The translations under genes and the position numbers were made by a program. A DNA stretch of 64,000 nucleotides, taken from an uncultured Verrucomicrobiota bacterium (lineage in GTDB: Bacteria; Auribacterota; JABMQX01). The notes beneath the pieces were generated by a model. The model made no database searches and had not been told where the DNA came from. It saw nothing but the letters and a program-made list of their open reading frames with translations. The stretch covers positions 1 to 64,000 of the forward strand of contig CAZXGF010000005.1 of NCBI GenBank assembly GCA_964640185.1, written 5' to 3'. The number at the start of each line of letters is the position of its first letter. Position 1 is the stretch's first letter. Below, in pieces: positions 51,770-62,600 of the stretch.

Positions 51770-53887
51770 ATGACTCCAGTTCGGGAGCAGAGACTGAGAA
51801 AAAGTTTTTTTCTGGCGCGAGTGCGCTGGATTGCAGCGATGCTGCTCGCCATCTTTCTCGCTCTCCCGTCAGAAGCGGCAACCGCCGTCGCAAGTGGCGA
51901 CCGCGTCAGGAGCTTGATCCAGCTCGCCGGAAACGCCCACAACGAGGGGGCGCGTCTCACATATCTGAAAGAAATCCGAAGGCAGTCAAACCTCAACGAA
52001 AATCTGAACGCCGACCTCGGAAAGTTGACCGCGGAGATAGAGCGCTGGACTAATTCAAAACAGCTCCCCTATTTTTCGCGTGAAATTTCGCGGAAGAAAG
52101 ACTGGGACTTCAAGATTGCGAGCGATTCCCCGCTTTATCCTCTTACCTACCTCTACCGTGCGAGAATGCTCATCTGGTACACGCTTGAATCCGGAGGGGT
52201 GTGGAACGCTCCGGAAAGGCGGCGTCAATTTCTCGGAAAGGCGCGGCATTTCCTCGAAGCCGCGAAGGCGGCTTTTCCGGGAAACCGAATCGTGCGCATG
52301 TATCTTGGCGAACCGATCGCCTCAGCGAAACGGTATTCCTCCGTTCCCGGCGCCCCGGAATGGGCTGTTCATCAGCGGGAGGGGCTGGAACGGCTCGCTG
52401 ACATCATCGAATGGTGGATTGACAATCGCATGCAAGAAAACGGGGAGTATGGCGGCGGATGGGGAGATGACTGCGAGATGTGGCGGTGGTGGGTTCCGGT
52501 GCTCATCGGTTTCGACGACCCGAAAATCACCCACGCTCAGGAGCGATTCTCAAACGCCCTTCTCAACCAGCCCCACTTGAACCAGGGTTATATGGCATCG
52601 TTGACGGACGTGGAGCATTCGGCAGAGGATTCCTCCGATGCAATGACCCCCATGATGCACCTGGACCCCGGTAACAAACTGTGGCAGAAACGTGTCCGTC
52701 GCCTCGCGGAATTGATGGAGACGCTCTGGACAGGCAGAAACGACCGAGGGCTTCTTCAATTCAAGAGCACCTATTTCAGCTTGAATCAGGTGGATATCCA
52801 TCCGACGAGAGCTTGCGACACGGTTTACCACCCCCGCGCCATGCAGCCTGCCTTGCTCTACTGGCAGCGCACGGGAGATGAGAGGCTTGGCAGGCTTTTC
52901 GCCGCCTGGATGAACACCTGGGTTGACGCGACGGCTCGCCGTGAACGCGGGAAACCCGCCGGCATCATCCCCAGTGCAATCCACTGGCCGGACGGCAGAG
53001 TTGGCGGCGTGGGAAGCGACTGGTGGGACCCAAGAAATCACTCCGAAGCGACTCTTTACAAGTGGCCCAGCGCCATGGGAATGATGACAAACACTCTTCT
53101 GCTGACCTACTACATGACAAAGGACTCCAGGTATCTCGAGCCGATCCGCTCCCTGGCGAGAATCCGCCTGAAGTATCTCAAGGCGCCGCCCAAAGACCTG
53201 TCAGCACCCGGCACGCAGGCGTGGTGCGCCTCGAAGCTGAACGTGTCGGGAGTCATCGCCAAGCATAAGTTCCTGACCGGCAGCTCGGAGTTCGACGAGC
53301 TCCTCGCCAGGGAGAGCGCTCCGTACGTCGCCTTCCGATTGCGGCGAGAGAAGGGAGCCCTTGTGAAAGCGCTGCGGAACGACGCCGAGGCTTTGAGCAT
53401 CAATTTCGAAGGTTACACAAGTGAAGTGCGTTACACCGACCGTGTCCTTCGCTTTCCTGCTCTTTTCCGCAAGGGCGTGATGTTGGATGAAGCAGTCGAA
53501 GCCATCCGCAGCCCCAACCCCGGATTGTTGTACTCCACAGTTACCGGCGACCCGGGCGATGCAGGATATTTCCCGCTCAATGCAGTGCGCTGGCTTACTC
53601 CCCCGCGAGAAATCGCCGCCCTGGTAACAGAATCGGGTCGGAACCGCTTCGCCGCCGAGCTTTTTCACTTCGGCGACGAGAAGCGTCAAATGATGGCGGA
53701 GTTTTACCTCCTCGCCCCGGGAAAATATACGTTTGAGATTCTTGCCGGGCGCGGGCCGCACCACAAGGTTGAAACAAAGCAGGAGTTCGCCGTGAAAGGA
53801 CTCCGCACCCGCATTTCCTTTACACTCCCGCCCCGGAAGCTTTGCATCCTCCGCGTTCGCCGAGTCAAGTCTTCATTTCCAGAATGA
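51770..53887 (+). CDS. Secreted hypothetical protein (705 aa), possibly an (alpha/alpha)-toroid polysaccharide-lyase-like fold
   Basis: Signal peptide. Trp/Tyr-rich helical repeats. No firm motif. Confidence 0.45.
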   Translation: MTPVREQRLRKSFFLARVRWIAAMLLAIFLALPSEAATAVASGDRVRSLIQLAGNAHNEGARLTYLKEIRRQSNLNENLNADLGKLTAEIERWTNSKQLPYFSREISRKKDWDFKIASDSPLYPLTYLYRARMLIWYTLESGGVWNAPERRRQFLGKARHFLEAAKAAFPGNRIVRMYLGEPIASAKRYSSVPGAPEWAVHQREGLERLADIIEWWIDNRMQENGEYGGGWGDDCEMWRWWVPVLIGFDDPKITHAQERFSNALLNQPHLNQGYMASLTDVEHSAEDSSDAMTPMMHLDPGNKLWQKRVRRLAELMETLWTGRNDRGLLQFKSTYFSLNQVDIHPTRACDTVYHPRAMQPALLYWQRTGDERLGRLFAAWMNTWVDATARRERGKPAGIIPSAIHWPDGRVGGVGSDWWDPRNHSEATLYKWPSAMGMMTNTLLLTYYMTKDSRYLEPIRSLARIRLKYLKAPPKDLSAPGTQAWCASKLNVSGVIAKHKFLTGSSEFDELLARESAPYVAFRLRREKGALVKALRNDAEALSINFEGYTSEVRYTDRVLRFPALFRKGVMLDEAVEAIRSPNPGLLYSTVTGDPGDAGYFPLNAVRWLTPPREIAALVTESGRNRFAAELFHFGDEKRQMMAEFYLLAPGKYTFEILAGRGPHHKVETKQEFAVKGLRTRISFTLPPRKLCILRVRRVKSSFPE

Positions 53888-53896
53888 ATTGATGCG

Positions 53897-54094
53897 ATGG
53901 CAGAGTCCCTGGTGAACCTGACTAAGTTCAAGCGGCGCGTCAGCAAGGAACAGGAAACGGTTGGCGGCCCAATTGACGTTGCTGTAATCACAAAGGGAGA
54001 TGGATTCGTCTGGATAAAGCGAAAGCACTACTTCCAGCCAGAGTTAAACCCAAGAGTTCTCGCTCGTCTCACCAAAGGAGACTGCAATGACTGA
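53897..54094 (+). CDS. Small hypothetical protein (65 aa), in frame with the preceding ORF and separated from it only by TGA + 3 codons
   Basis: GGPIDVAVITKGDGFVWI resembles the C-terminal GGPVTVLTISGQGI of the Ntn hydrolase at 15386. Alternatively it has a Phd/YefM-like profile. Weak RBS. Confidence 0.3.
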   Translation: MAESLVNLTKFKRRVSKEQETVGGPIDVAVITKGDGFVWIKRKHYFQPELNPRVLARLTKGDCND

Positions 54095-54258
54095 AAAGAA
54101 AAAAAAGACCTTTTCTACTGTGCAGGAAATCCTCGAGACGTACTTCCCCGCTTATGCCGACCGTGAGCGACAGTCTTCAGAAGAAGACTATGCCCAAATC
54201 GGCCGTGACTTGGCCTCGAAACTGGCGAAAAAGTTTGAGGCGAATCTTCGAAGGTAAG
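54088..54258 (+). CDS. Small hypothetical helical protein (56 aa) translationally coupled (ATGACTGA overlap) to the 65-aa ORF
   Basis: MTEKKKKTFSTVQEILETYFPAYADRERQSSEEDYAQIGRDLASKLAKKFEANLRR. Not in the ORF track (fewer than 60 aa). Read by hand. Confidence 0.3.
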
Positions 54259-54289
54259 GTTAGGCGCTCGTGGCGCGAAACAGGCACTC

Positions 54290-54480
54290 CTCTGTAGGAC
54301 GATCTTGCCATCCCTAACCTCACGTCGGAGGTTCGTGCCCACGCCAAATTGTACTGCACATGCCCCCGAGACAGCCGGCAAGATGCCAGCGGTACAAGGC
54401 CCGCTCCGGCTCGTCCGCGGGCTCTGCGGTTCCACCCTTAGCCGCCGGTAACTGAGGCATTACCATTCGATGACCTCAAG
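54290..54480. repeat. Hairpin-module repeat (ggcaagatgcc...; gccgccggtaactgaggc)
   Basis: Shared modules with 8735-8830 and 594-620. Confidence 0.6.
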
Positions 54481-54494
54481 CCAGGGCCCCGGTC

Positions 54495-55919
54495 CTAAAC
54501 TTCCACGATCCCACCGTATTCTCCAATTCCGCTGTTCTCCTCCAGAATCGGTTCGACGACATCCTTCAGGAACTGTTCGACCTGCTGCGGAGCTCTCCCG
54601 ATGAACTGCGAAGGGTCCAATATCTTCGATATCTCCTCCGGCGTCATCTTGAAGGATTCGTCGGCGAGGATCATCTCTAAGAGCCTGTTCTCCCCGCCCT
54701 GCTTCACCTCGGCAGCGGCTTGCCTGGCATATTCCCTGATTGTCTCGTGCAGAATCTGGCGGTCTCCGCCCTTTTTCACCGCTTCCATCAGGATATTCTC
54801 CGTTGCCATGAAGGGCAGCTCGCTGGCGAGCCTTTTCGCGACCATTTTCGGATAGACTCTCATGCCGCTCGCAACATTCAGGTATAGCGTTAGAATCGCG
54901 TCGCAGGTGAGAAATGCCCCCGGAATGACCATTCTGCGCGCCGCCGAATCGTCGAGCGTTCGCTCGAGCCACTGAGTCGCCGCCGTAGTTTGCGCCACGT
55001 GCGAAAGGTGAATCAGATACCGCGAGAGGGATGTCATCCGTTCGCACCGCATAGGATTTCGCTTGTAAGCCATTGCGGAGGAACCGACCTGCTTTTCCTC
55101 GAACGGTTCTTCCATCTCCCGGAGGTTGCTGAGCAGCCGAATGTCCGTGGCGAACTTGGAGGCGCTCTGGGCGATGCCGCTCAGAACATCGAGGACCCGG
55201 CAATCAATTTTCCGCGAATAGGTTTGCCCTGTCACCCGGAGAACTGACTCGAACCCCATCTCTTTCGCAAGAAGCTCATCAAGGTGTTTGACCTTTTCAT
55301 GCTCCCCGTCAAAGATTCTCATGAAGCTCGCCTGCGTTCCCGTCGCGCCCTTCGCCCCCCGAAAAGGCAATCCCTGCAATTGCCTGTCCAAATCCCGGTA
55401 ATCGAAGATGAGGTCCTGCAACCATAGTGAGGCGCGCTTGCCTACCGTCGTCGGTTGAGCAGGCTGAAAATGAGTGAAACCGAGCGTCGGAAGAAAAGCG
55501 TGCTGCCTGACGAAGGAGGCCAGCTTTGAGATGACGTTCACCAGCAACAACTTCAGCCGTTTCATCCCTTCTCGCATCTGGATGAGGTCGCCATTGTCCC
55601 CCACGAAAGCGCTGGTTGCGCCGAGGTGAATGATGCCCCGCGCCTTGGGACACTGAACCCCGTAGGCATAGATGTGGGCGACGACATCGTGTCGCACTTC
55701 CTTCTCTCTCCGCCACGCCGTCTCGAAATCTATGTCGTCCTTCTTCGACTCAAGCTCCTCAATTTGCTCGTCCGTTATGTTGACGCCGAGCTTCTTCTCG
55801 GCTTTCGCCAGGGCGACCCACAGCCTTCGCCACGTCCGGAACTTGAACTCCGGCGAGAAAATGTACGACATTTCCTTGCTGGCGTATCGTTCGAAAAGAG
55901 GATTCCGGTATTCCTTCAT
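54495..55919 (-). CDS. purB: Adenylosuccinate lyase PurB
   Basis: Start placed at MKEYRNPLFERYASKEM. Fumarate-lyase signature GSSAMAYKRNP. About 474 aa. The boundary may be off by 1 nt because of my own indexing. Confidence 0.9.
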   Translation of the reverse strand: MKEYRNPLFERYASKEMSYIFSPEFKFRTWRRLWVALAKAEKKLGVNITDEQIEELESKKDDIDFETAWRREKEVRHDVVAHIYAYGVQCPKARGIIHLGATSAFVGDNGDLIQMREGMKRLKLLLVNVISKLASFVRQHAFLPTLGFTHFQPAQPTTVGKRASLWLQDLIFDYRDLDRQLQGLPFRGAKGATGTQASFMRIFDGEHEKVKHLDELLAKEMGFESVLRVTGQTYSRKIDCRVLDVLSGIAQSASKFATDIRLLSNLREMEEPFEEKQVGSSAMAYKRNPMRCERMTSLSRYLIHLSHVAQTTAATQWLERTLDDSAARRMVIPGAFLTCDAILTLYLNVASGMRVYPKMVAKRLASELPFMATENILMEAVKKGGDRQILHETIREYARQAAAEVKQGGENRLLEMILADESFKMTPEEISKILDPSQFIGRAPQQVEQFLKDVVEPILEENSGIGEYGGIVEV

Positions 55920-56537
55920 CTCCCTCTCGGCCTTTCGTTGCACCAAGTGAACATTTCGGCGGTTTCCGCCTCCGGGCGAGAACACTTTTTGAACCTCTCG
56001 CCGAGCGAACTTCGTAACACTTTTAAGTTTACCACAACCGCTGGCCTTCGTTCCCCTCTTTTTCGATAGATGCGGCGACGAGAGCTGCTCGGACAGGCCG
56101 GAAGGCGTTACGGCACGCGCGACACGCTTCCACTGGTCAGGGGAAAGACGCAGAAAGTTATCGTCGGCCTTGGCGCGTGTGCTCACAGATGTTAATATGA
56201 AGATAAAGCTTTGCACAATAGGGTCAACTGCCGTATTCTCCCGGGGGGGGGGGTAGAGCCGACGGCTAAGCGGAGAACGCGAGACAGCCCGAGACCGTTT
56301 TTGGCGTATTTCGGCATCGAAATCACGTCGGGGGGAAACTGCTTGATTTGTCGCGAGCGGTGTTCCCCTTTCTTGCCTCTGGGTCAAGACAGAACGTCGT
56401 TCTCATGCAAATAGGCGGGGGCTGAGTGATTTTAAGCCTCTTCGGAGGCAAAGGCGCGCCGAATTGAAAATCTCGGCGATCTTGCTCGAAAGAGCGGAGC
56501 TTTTGCGCACGCAACGTGACAGCGGAGGTTGTCGCTA

Positions 56538-57914
56538 ATGGCAAAGATCCTTGTAGTTGATGACGAAAAGGAAATGAGGGAGCTTTTCGCGGACATTCTG
56601 CGACAGAGAGGGCATGACACCTTTGTCGCCCCCGACGGCAAATCCGCCCTCGAGCAAGTCAAAAAGCTGGGTCCCGCCCTGGTGGTCCTCGACTTCAAGC
56701 TCCCTGACATGGATGGCATCGAGGTTTTGTCGAAGATTAAAGGCCTTGATGCCGCAACGGAGGTCTTGATCATAACCGGGTACGGAGACATAGACCTTGC
56801 CGTTCGCGCAATGAGGTCTGGGGCGTGTGATTTCGTCTCGAAGCCGATTGAGGGCGAGAGCTTCTCGTTGAGAATCCAGAAAGCACTCGAAGCACGAAAG
56901 CTCAAGCGACAGGTCGCCTACTTGAAAGGTGAGCTCGGTAAAGAAATGAATCTCGAACGCCTCATGGGCAACAGCGGCGAAATCGAGCAGGTCTTCGACC
57001 AGATAAAAGTGGTCGCGCCAACGGACGCCACAGTAATTATCCAGGGAGAAAGCGGAACCGGCAAGGAGCTGGCCGCCAGAGCAATCCATCACTTCAGCAA
57101 GAGAAAAAAGAAGCCTTTTGTCGTCGTTGACTGTGGTACCCTTCCCGAGACGCTCATCGAAAGCGAGCTTTTCGGTTACGAGAAGGGTGCTTTCACCGGA
57201 GCCCTGGAGAGAAAGCCCGGGCAATTCGAGCTGGCAGACCGCGGAACCCTTTTTCTCGACGAGATCACCAACCTCTCCGTCTCCGCCCAGCGCAAACTCC
57301 TCCGCGTTCTTCAGGAGAGAGAAATCCAGCATCTTGGGGGCAAGAAAACCATCAGCGTCAACGTCCGTATAATCGCCGCCACAAACATCAATCTATGGGA
57401 AGCTGTTAAAGACGGAACATTCCGAGAAGACCTCTATTATCGCCTCAATGAGTTCCCCATTCGCGTCCCTCCCCTCCGAGAGAGGAAGGCGGACATCATG
57501 TTGCTCGCCAGGAGGTTCATCGAAGAAGCAAACTTCGAGTTCAATAAGAAGGTTGAAGGCGCCTCCAGTGGGGCCTTGAAGCAGTTGATGAGCTATTCCT
57601 GGCCAGGTAACGTCAGGGAGTTGAAAAACGCGGTCAAAAGGGCTGTGCTCCTGACAGACCGCCTTATTCTTCCCCGACACATCAGCCTCAGCCTCGGCGC
57701 AGATTCCTTGGCGCAGAGCCCGGAAGCCGAGGGTGACTTCGGCAAGGACGGCTTCTCGCTGAAAGACATCGCCAAAAAAGCTGCCCAGGATGCCGAAAGA
57801 CGTATGATTACAAAAGCCCTCCGCGTAACGGGCGGAAACAAGAGCAAGGCTGCCAGAATGCTCAAAATAGACCGTTCAGCCCTTTACTACAAGATTAAGA
57901 AGATGGAGTTGTGA
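56538..57914 (+). CDS. Sigma-54-dependent response regulator (NtrC family: REC + AAA+ sigma-54 activator + Fis-type HTH)
   Basis: MAKILVVDDE...D in the REC domain, GESGTGKE Walker A, a GAFTGA-like loop (EKGAFTGA) and a C-terminal HTH. Confidence 0.9.
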   Translation: MAKILVVDDEKEMRELFADILRQRGHDTFVAPDGKSALEQVKKLGPALVVLDFKLPDMDGIEVLSKIKGLDAATEVLIITGYGDIDLAVRAMRSGACDFVSKPIEGESFSLRIQKALEARKLKRQVAYLKGELGKEMNLERLMGNSGEIEQVFDQIKVVAPTDATVIIQGESGTGKELAARAIHHFSKRKKKPFVVVDCGTLPETLIESELFGYEKGAFTGALERKPGQFELADRGTLFLDEITNLSVSAQRKLLRVLQEREIQHLGGKKTISVNVRIIAATNINLWEAVKDGTFREDLYYRLNEFPIRVPPLRERKADIMLLARRFIEEANFEFNKKVEGASSGALKQLMSYSWPGNVRELKNAVKRAVLLTDRLILPRHISLSLGADSLAQSPEAEGDFGKDGFSLKDIAKKAAQDAERRMITKALRVTGGNKSKAARMLKIDRSALYYKIKKMEL

Positions 57915-58139
57915 CGCTGACTCTCCCCGGAGAACTCCGCCTCGCCGCGAACATCTCCTCCTGCTGGCAGAGCGTGCCCCGGCGTTCATGTTGAAATCTT
58001 TCAACAGTCCTGGCGCTTCTCCCTTCCCTTTATCTCGGAGGTCGCTTTTCCCCGGAGCGCCCGCTGTTCGCACCCTTCAGGCGTTTTCCCGAGGCTGTGA
58101 GCGCAGACGCTCTATCGCTTCGTGCTCCGGTTCATAAAT

Positions 58140-58750
58140 TCGGTCACGTATTTTTTTTGACGGGATAACAGGATGTGTGGGATTGCGGACTTCGGATTGC
58201 GGATTTCGGATTCCGCAATCCGCAATCTGCACTCCGCAATGGGCAGGGTGTATCTCACGAGCAACAACATCCTCCCTCAGGGAGCCTCAGCCCCACGATA
58301 ACCGTACCTGCTTCGACCCCGCCAGGGCGGGGGAGTGCGAAGTCTGCGACAACTTGTCAGCCAATTGCTTGTTCTTCCTGGTTTTTCAGAGTGCCCCACG
58401 GGCGTTCGGATTTACCGGATACCTGGGTGTGACTGTATTTGAGTGGTGGGGTTGGGATGAATCCTCTGGTCGAGAAGCCCGGCTGAAGCCGGCTCCAGAG
58501 AGGAAAAAGGCGCGCCCTGTGACCACCCGCTGAAGCGGGTGGCTAACGGGGATGCCAGCTAAAGCCTGGCAGAAATGAGGCTGTGCTGCGGTGTTGAACC
58601 CGAACCACGTGCCTGAGAAAGAACGGTGGAAAGAGGTCCCGGCTGCCACTGAAATATAGCCACACCCGGATACCTCACATTCCTCGAACGATCCGGTCTA
58701 TCCTGTTATCCTGTCGAAGGATTCCCTTCACCCCGCACTATACGTTACGG
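58140..58750. mobile_element. Composite MITE-like element (about 610 bp) with TIRs of the 29612 family. It carries a heptad-repeat palindrome (gattgcggatttcggattccgcaatccgcaatc), CTGAAGC hairpins and a ccactgaaatatagccacaccc motif (58644-58665)
   Basis: Left end ttcataaattcggtcacgtattttttttgacgggataacaggatgtg. Right end ggtctatcctgttatcctgtcgaagg...ctatacgttacggtacttgcgaacgc is its inverted counterpart. Confidence 0.65.
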
Positions 58751-59066
58751 TACTTGCGAACGCGTGTGCTTCGCCTCTTTCCGTCGCTTAAGACGGCACC
58801 CGGAAACCCCTTGCTCTCCGGCAGCGAAGGCGCCTCCGAAAAAAGAAGATGCCTCCGAAAAACGCTGTCGGGTTTCTGCGATGATTATCGAATGAGAAAT
58901 GCTAACTTGTTTCTGCGCTTTTGTTGAAAAGAAACCGCGCCTTCGAACGTGTTAGCCGTCTCTCCCAAGAGGGCAGCAAAAAACCCGCGGAGAATTCGCT
59001 TCCTAATGCTCTTGTGGATGAAGGATTGTGAGAAAAGCCGCCGTCGTACTGCCACGGCGTCTCGTG

Positions 59067-59084
59067 TTGGCACAATGGTTGCAC
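59067..59084 (+). promoter_or_regulatory. Sigma-54 -24/-12 promoter (TGGCAC-aatgg-TTGCA) with no protein-coding gene downstream
   Basis: Exact consensus spacing. Downstream about 600 nt on the plus strand has stops in all frames before running antisense into the 3' end of the CotH gene. Confidence 0.5.
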
Positions 59085-59696
59085 TATGCTGCCTCGCCTA
59101 TGTCGCCAGTGCATAACGTCGAAAAAACACACCCCCCGAACCCCCCGGCGACGTCATACCCACAAAAGGGAAGCACTGGCCGACATAGGGTGCCATTATA
59201 AATAGTGTACTGCTACTCCCATAGCTCCTCCTACGGCGAGGGCAAAGGTAGAAATCAGGAAGGCGACTTCAGCATGTGCACAACGGCGGCAACCCTGGCA
59301 CTGTGCTGAAGGAATCTGATTGGCAGGAAAGCAATAGAAAAAGGGAACGTAGGGAAACAGCCCGGGCCCTCGCCGTAGAATTTTCCCGCGACTTTCCCTC
59401 GGGCGCGTACCTTTAGAGGTAGCCTTTAGCGCCTCGAGCTGCAACCCACGTAACGCCTTCTCCTAACGGGGGCTGCGGCAACTCCTCAGTTCCGCTTATT
59501 CTGAACGTCCTTCTGTCAGCTCCAGCCGAGCCTCTTCCACGAGGAAAAGTCTCCAACGCATTCGCTGACGGACAGACGCCTTTGCGGGATTTCCTCTCGG
59601 CACGGCCTCTTTTGCCATTGCGTCCGGCAGCTACGAAGAACTGTCACGCACCAGACGCTCAAGCCGCCCGACGATGCTCCCCGCCCATTACCACCG

Positions 59697-62600
59697 TCAT
59701 TGGAAGTAAGACTTTCGCTTCTCGGTCTCCACCTGCATTTCGATGTTCTCGTGGCGCTGCTCCACAAAAAGCTCGACGTCCTCTAACTCAGCCGCCGGAC
59801 TCCTGGACCAGCCGAAGGGGTCATCAGCGGCATCTTCCGTCACCCACGGCTCGAGGTCCTCGACATAAGACTTCAGCTTATTCGGCGTGAAGACGAACTT
59901 GTTGAGGTATTCCAATCTCAGTACATATTCTTTTCGGAGGGCGGGGACGCTGAAGATGTAGTGTTTTAGCTCGTTAGACCATCCAGACCTGTTGTCCCGA
60001 TTGTCGTGCTCGCCGACAAAGATGGAGCTCGTGCTGCGGGAAGACCCGTTGGCCCCGAAGCATCCGTCGGTATCCCACGGCAAAACCTTCCATTTCCCCG
60101 CGGTATCGCGATACGCGAAGAAGTTGTGGAATGCCTCATCCCAGACCCCGATCCACGCTGCCGTGGCTATGTAGCTGAGCGTCCGCTCCATATCAAAATT
60201 ATCCTCCAGAAAATCTTGGAGCACGGAGGGAGAAGTGTTGTAGGCTTCCCTCATAGCCTCGATGACGTCTTTTAGACATTCGTGGGAATCGTATATCCGA
60301 GACTTTCGCGGGTAAACGTCCTCGTATTTCTGGAGCGAGCTCAGCGGCCGCCAATCGCCCCAGTCATACGGAAACCTCCCCAGCGGGTCGCCCATGGACT
60401 TGAAGAGGTCGCCTTCCTCTCCGAGATGAGCCTCCAGAAACTCCTCGCCGGGGCTCTCGATTTGGAAGAAAAAGCCTTGATACTTTCCGTTAATGTTCAG
60501 GCGGGCGAAGTTCGTCATGGGAGCTGCCACGCCCGCTCGTCGGAATATCTCAAACGCGAGCGATTCCTCATATCCCGTAAAACCGTAGTGATTCGCGGAA
60601 TTCAGGTTTATGTTCGGAAAACCGTGGAATTGGCGATAACGAGGAAACTTGACCTTGAAACTCATCTTTCCGTTCCCCCACGGCCTGCACCAGCGGCTCC
60701 CCCTGTGCCTGACCTGAACGTCGTAAACCTCCCCCTCGCAAATGAAGGTCCCCGGAACAGTCTTGTTCCAGTTGGGGTTCGCCGGGTCTTGCAACTGAGC
60801 GTAACTTGCTATCAGGCTCAGATCGCTCGGCTTCACGTAGAGGCTGTAAATGGGGTTCGGGCTGGCGACGCTGTCAACTTCCCCTTCGACGTAGTACGCG
60901 TAACTCTCCCCGGGGGCCTGTACTCTCGGCGAGCGCCCCAGCTCCCCGTCCGGCCCTTCAATCAGAATCCTGTATCTCACGATGGTATAGGCGGGCTGCC
61001 CCGAGACCGTCGCCGTGTAGGTATCGTCTGCCGCCACGGCGTCTCCCCCATTCACCCCATCATCGAACATTGGCAAAACGGTACTCTCGTCGTTGATAAT
61101 CACATCCAGAGCGACCGACGAGATTTCCGGGCAAGGAGTGAGCGCAGCCTCTATTTTCACGTCGTCGGTTTCCCTCGGCTGCGAGGGGCTGTGGGTTATC
61201 TCCGTCACGATTGGCGGCGGCGGACACTCGACCACGTGGCTGGGTCTTCCCGGTGAAGCGAAACTGTACGGGTCCGTCAAGGAGCTGGGATTGAGGTCGA
61301 AGGATTCCAGCAAGGGGTCATCCACTTTCCCGGTTGCTCCCGAGAATCGTGTCGTAAACTGAGACGTGCCCGACACCCACTTCGCCCAGAAGCTCAGCCG
61401 ATACCTCCTCGTGTAACTGACCGGAATGCCGTCCTGATAGACCGCATTGCCGCTGCCGCTGCCCACGCCGGACGAGATAATCTTCAGGCACGAGCTCCCT
61501 GCGGAGCCGGGGCGAGCCTCCGACTCAATCGCGAAATCCTGGCTGCCCACTTTCTGCCAGCCGCTTGAACCGCTCTCGAACCCGCCATTGGACAGGACAT
61601 TCCCACTGCCCTTGACCGGCACAAGCTCCACGTCATCAATCAGGCACCGGCCGCTTCCCGTGAGGTAGAGATACAGCCGGCTCGTGGTTGGAGTCCCGAC
61701 CGTCTCGAAAAACCTCCAGACCGCCTCCGTCGGATCCTGGGTGGCGGGCGCCGCCGCTCCCCACGTTCGCGGCGAGTTCGCATCGGCGGTTATATCTATC
61801 CGTTCCAGAGAATATCCGTAGCCGTCGGCAGCTACCGTCCAGGGGAATAGGTCGTCGTATTCCACCGATTCAATCACGACGTCGTTTTTGTTTCTGAGGT
61901 TGATTTTCTCGCCCCCGTTGGCAAGCCTTCCCGCGTAGTCGCCGAGAAGCACCTCCTCGGAAAGCCCATACGCCGTGGCGACTTTCTTCCTGCTCAAGCA
62001 CACCACCGCGTACTCTCCCCCCGCGAGCACTTTCTCAGGGAACGCGAAATTGACCCCGCTCGACAGCCTCCATCCGGTGATATCCACCGGCTCAGTGGCG
62101 GTGTTGAAAACCTCCACAAACTCCGCATCTTCCAGACCCGCCGCGTCCTTTGGGGGGTGATACATTATCTCATTGATCTTGACGAACCGGTCCCTGAGAT
62201 AGTTGTTGTTAACGTACAGGAGCTTGACCTCCTCCGGAGCGTCCTCTGGGTGAGTGGAAACTTGACCGAGGTTATCTGTTGCCTCGAGGGTGTAGGATAC
62301 CGTCGTCTTGTCGGGGAACGGGCCGATAACTGCCCCGTAGAAGGAATCGTCTGCCGCGAGGTCGCCATGCTCCCCATCATCGAGCATGGGCACAGTCTGT
62401 TCGCCCCCGCCATCGTTGTACGTCAGCGTCACCGACGTAATTGAATCGTTATCGGTGACCTTCATGCGAATACTGATTGTCTCGGAGGAGGTCGGTTCGT
62501 TCGGGTCCCGCGAGTGCTGACAGAGGAAGGGCGCGGTCTCGTAGTCCATTACGGAATTCGGCTCGCCGGGCGTTCCCCCACCGCCGAGGGGCTGACTGGC

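Noticed and set aside
59196-59444. 82-aa minus-strand ORF in the NtrC-CotH spacer
   Set aside because: No RBS at its start and low-complexity sequence. The region is better explained as the transcribed region of the orphan sigma-54 promoter on the opposite strand.
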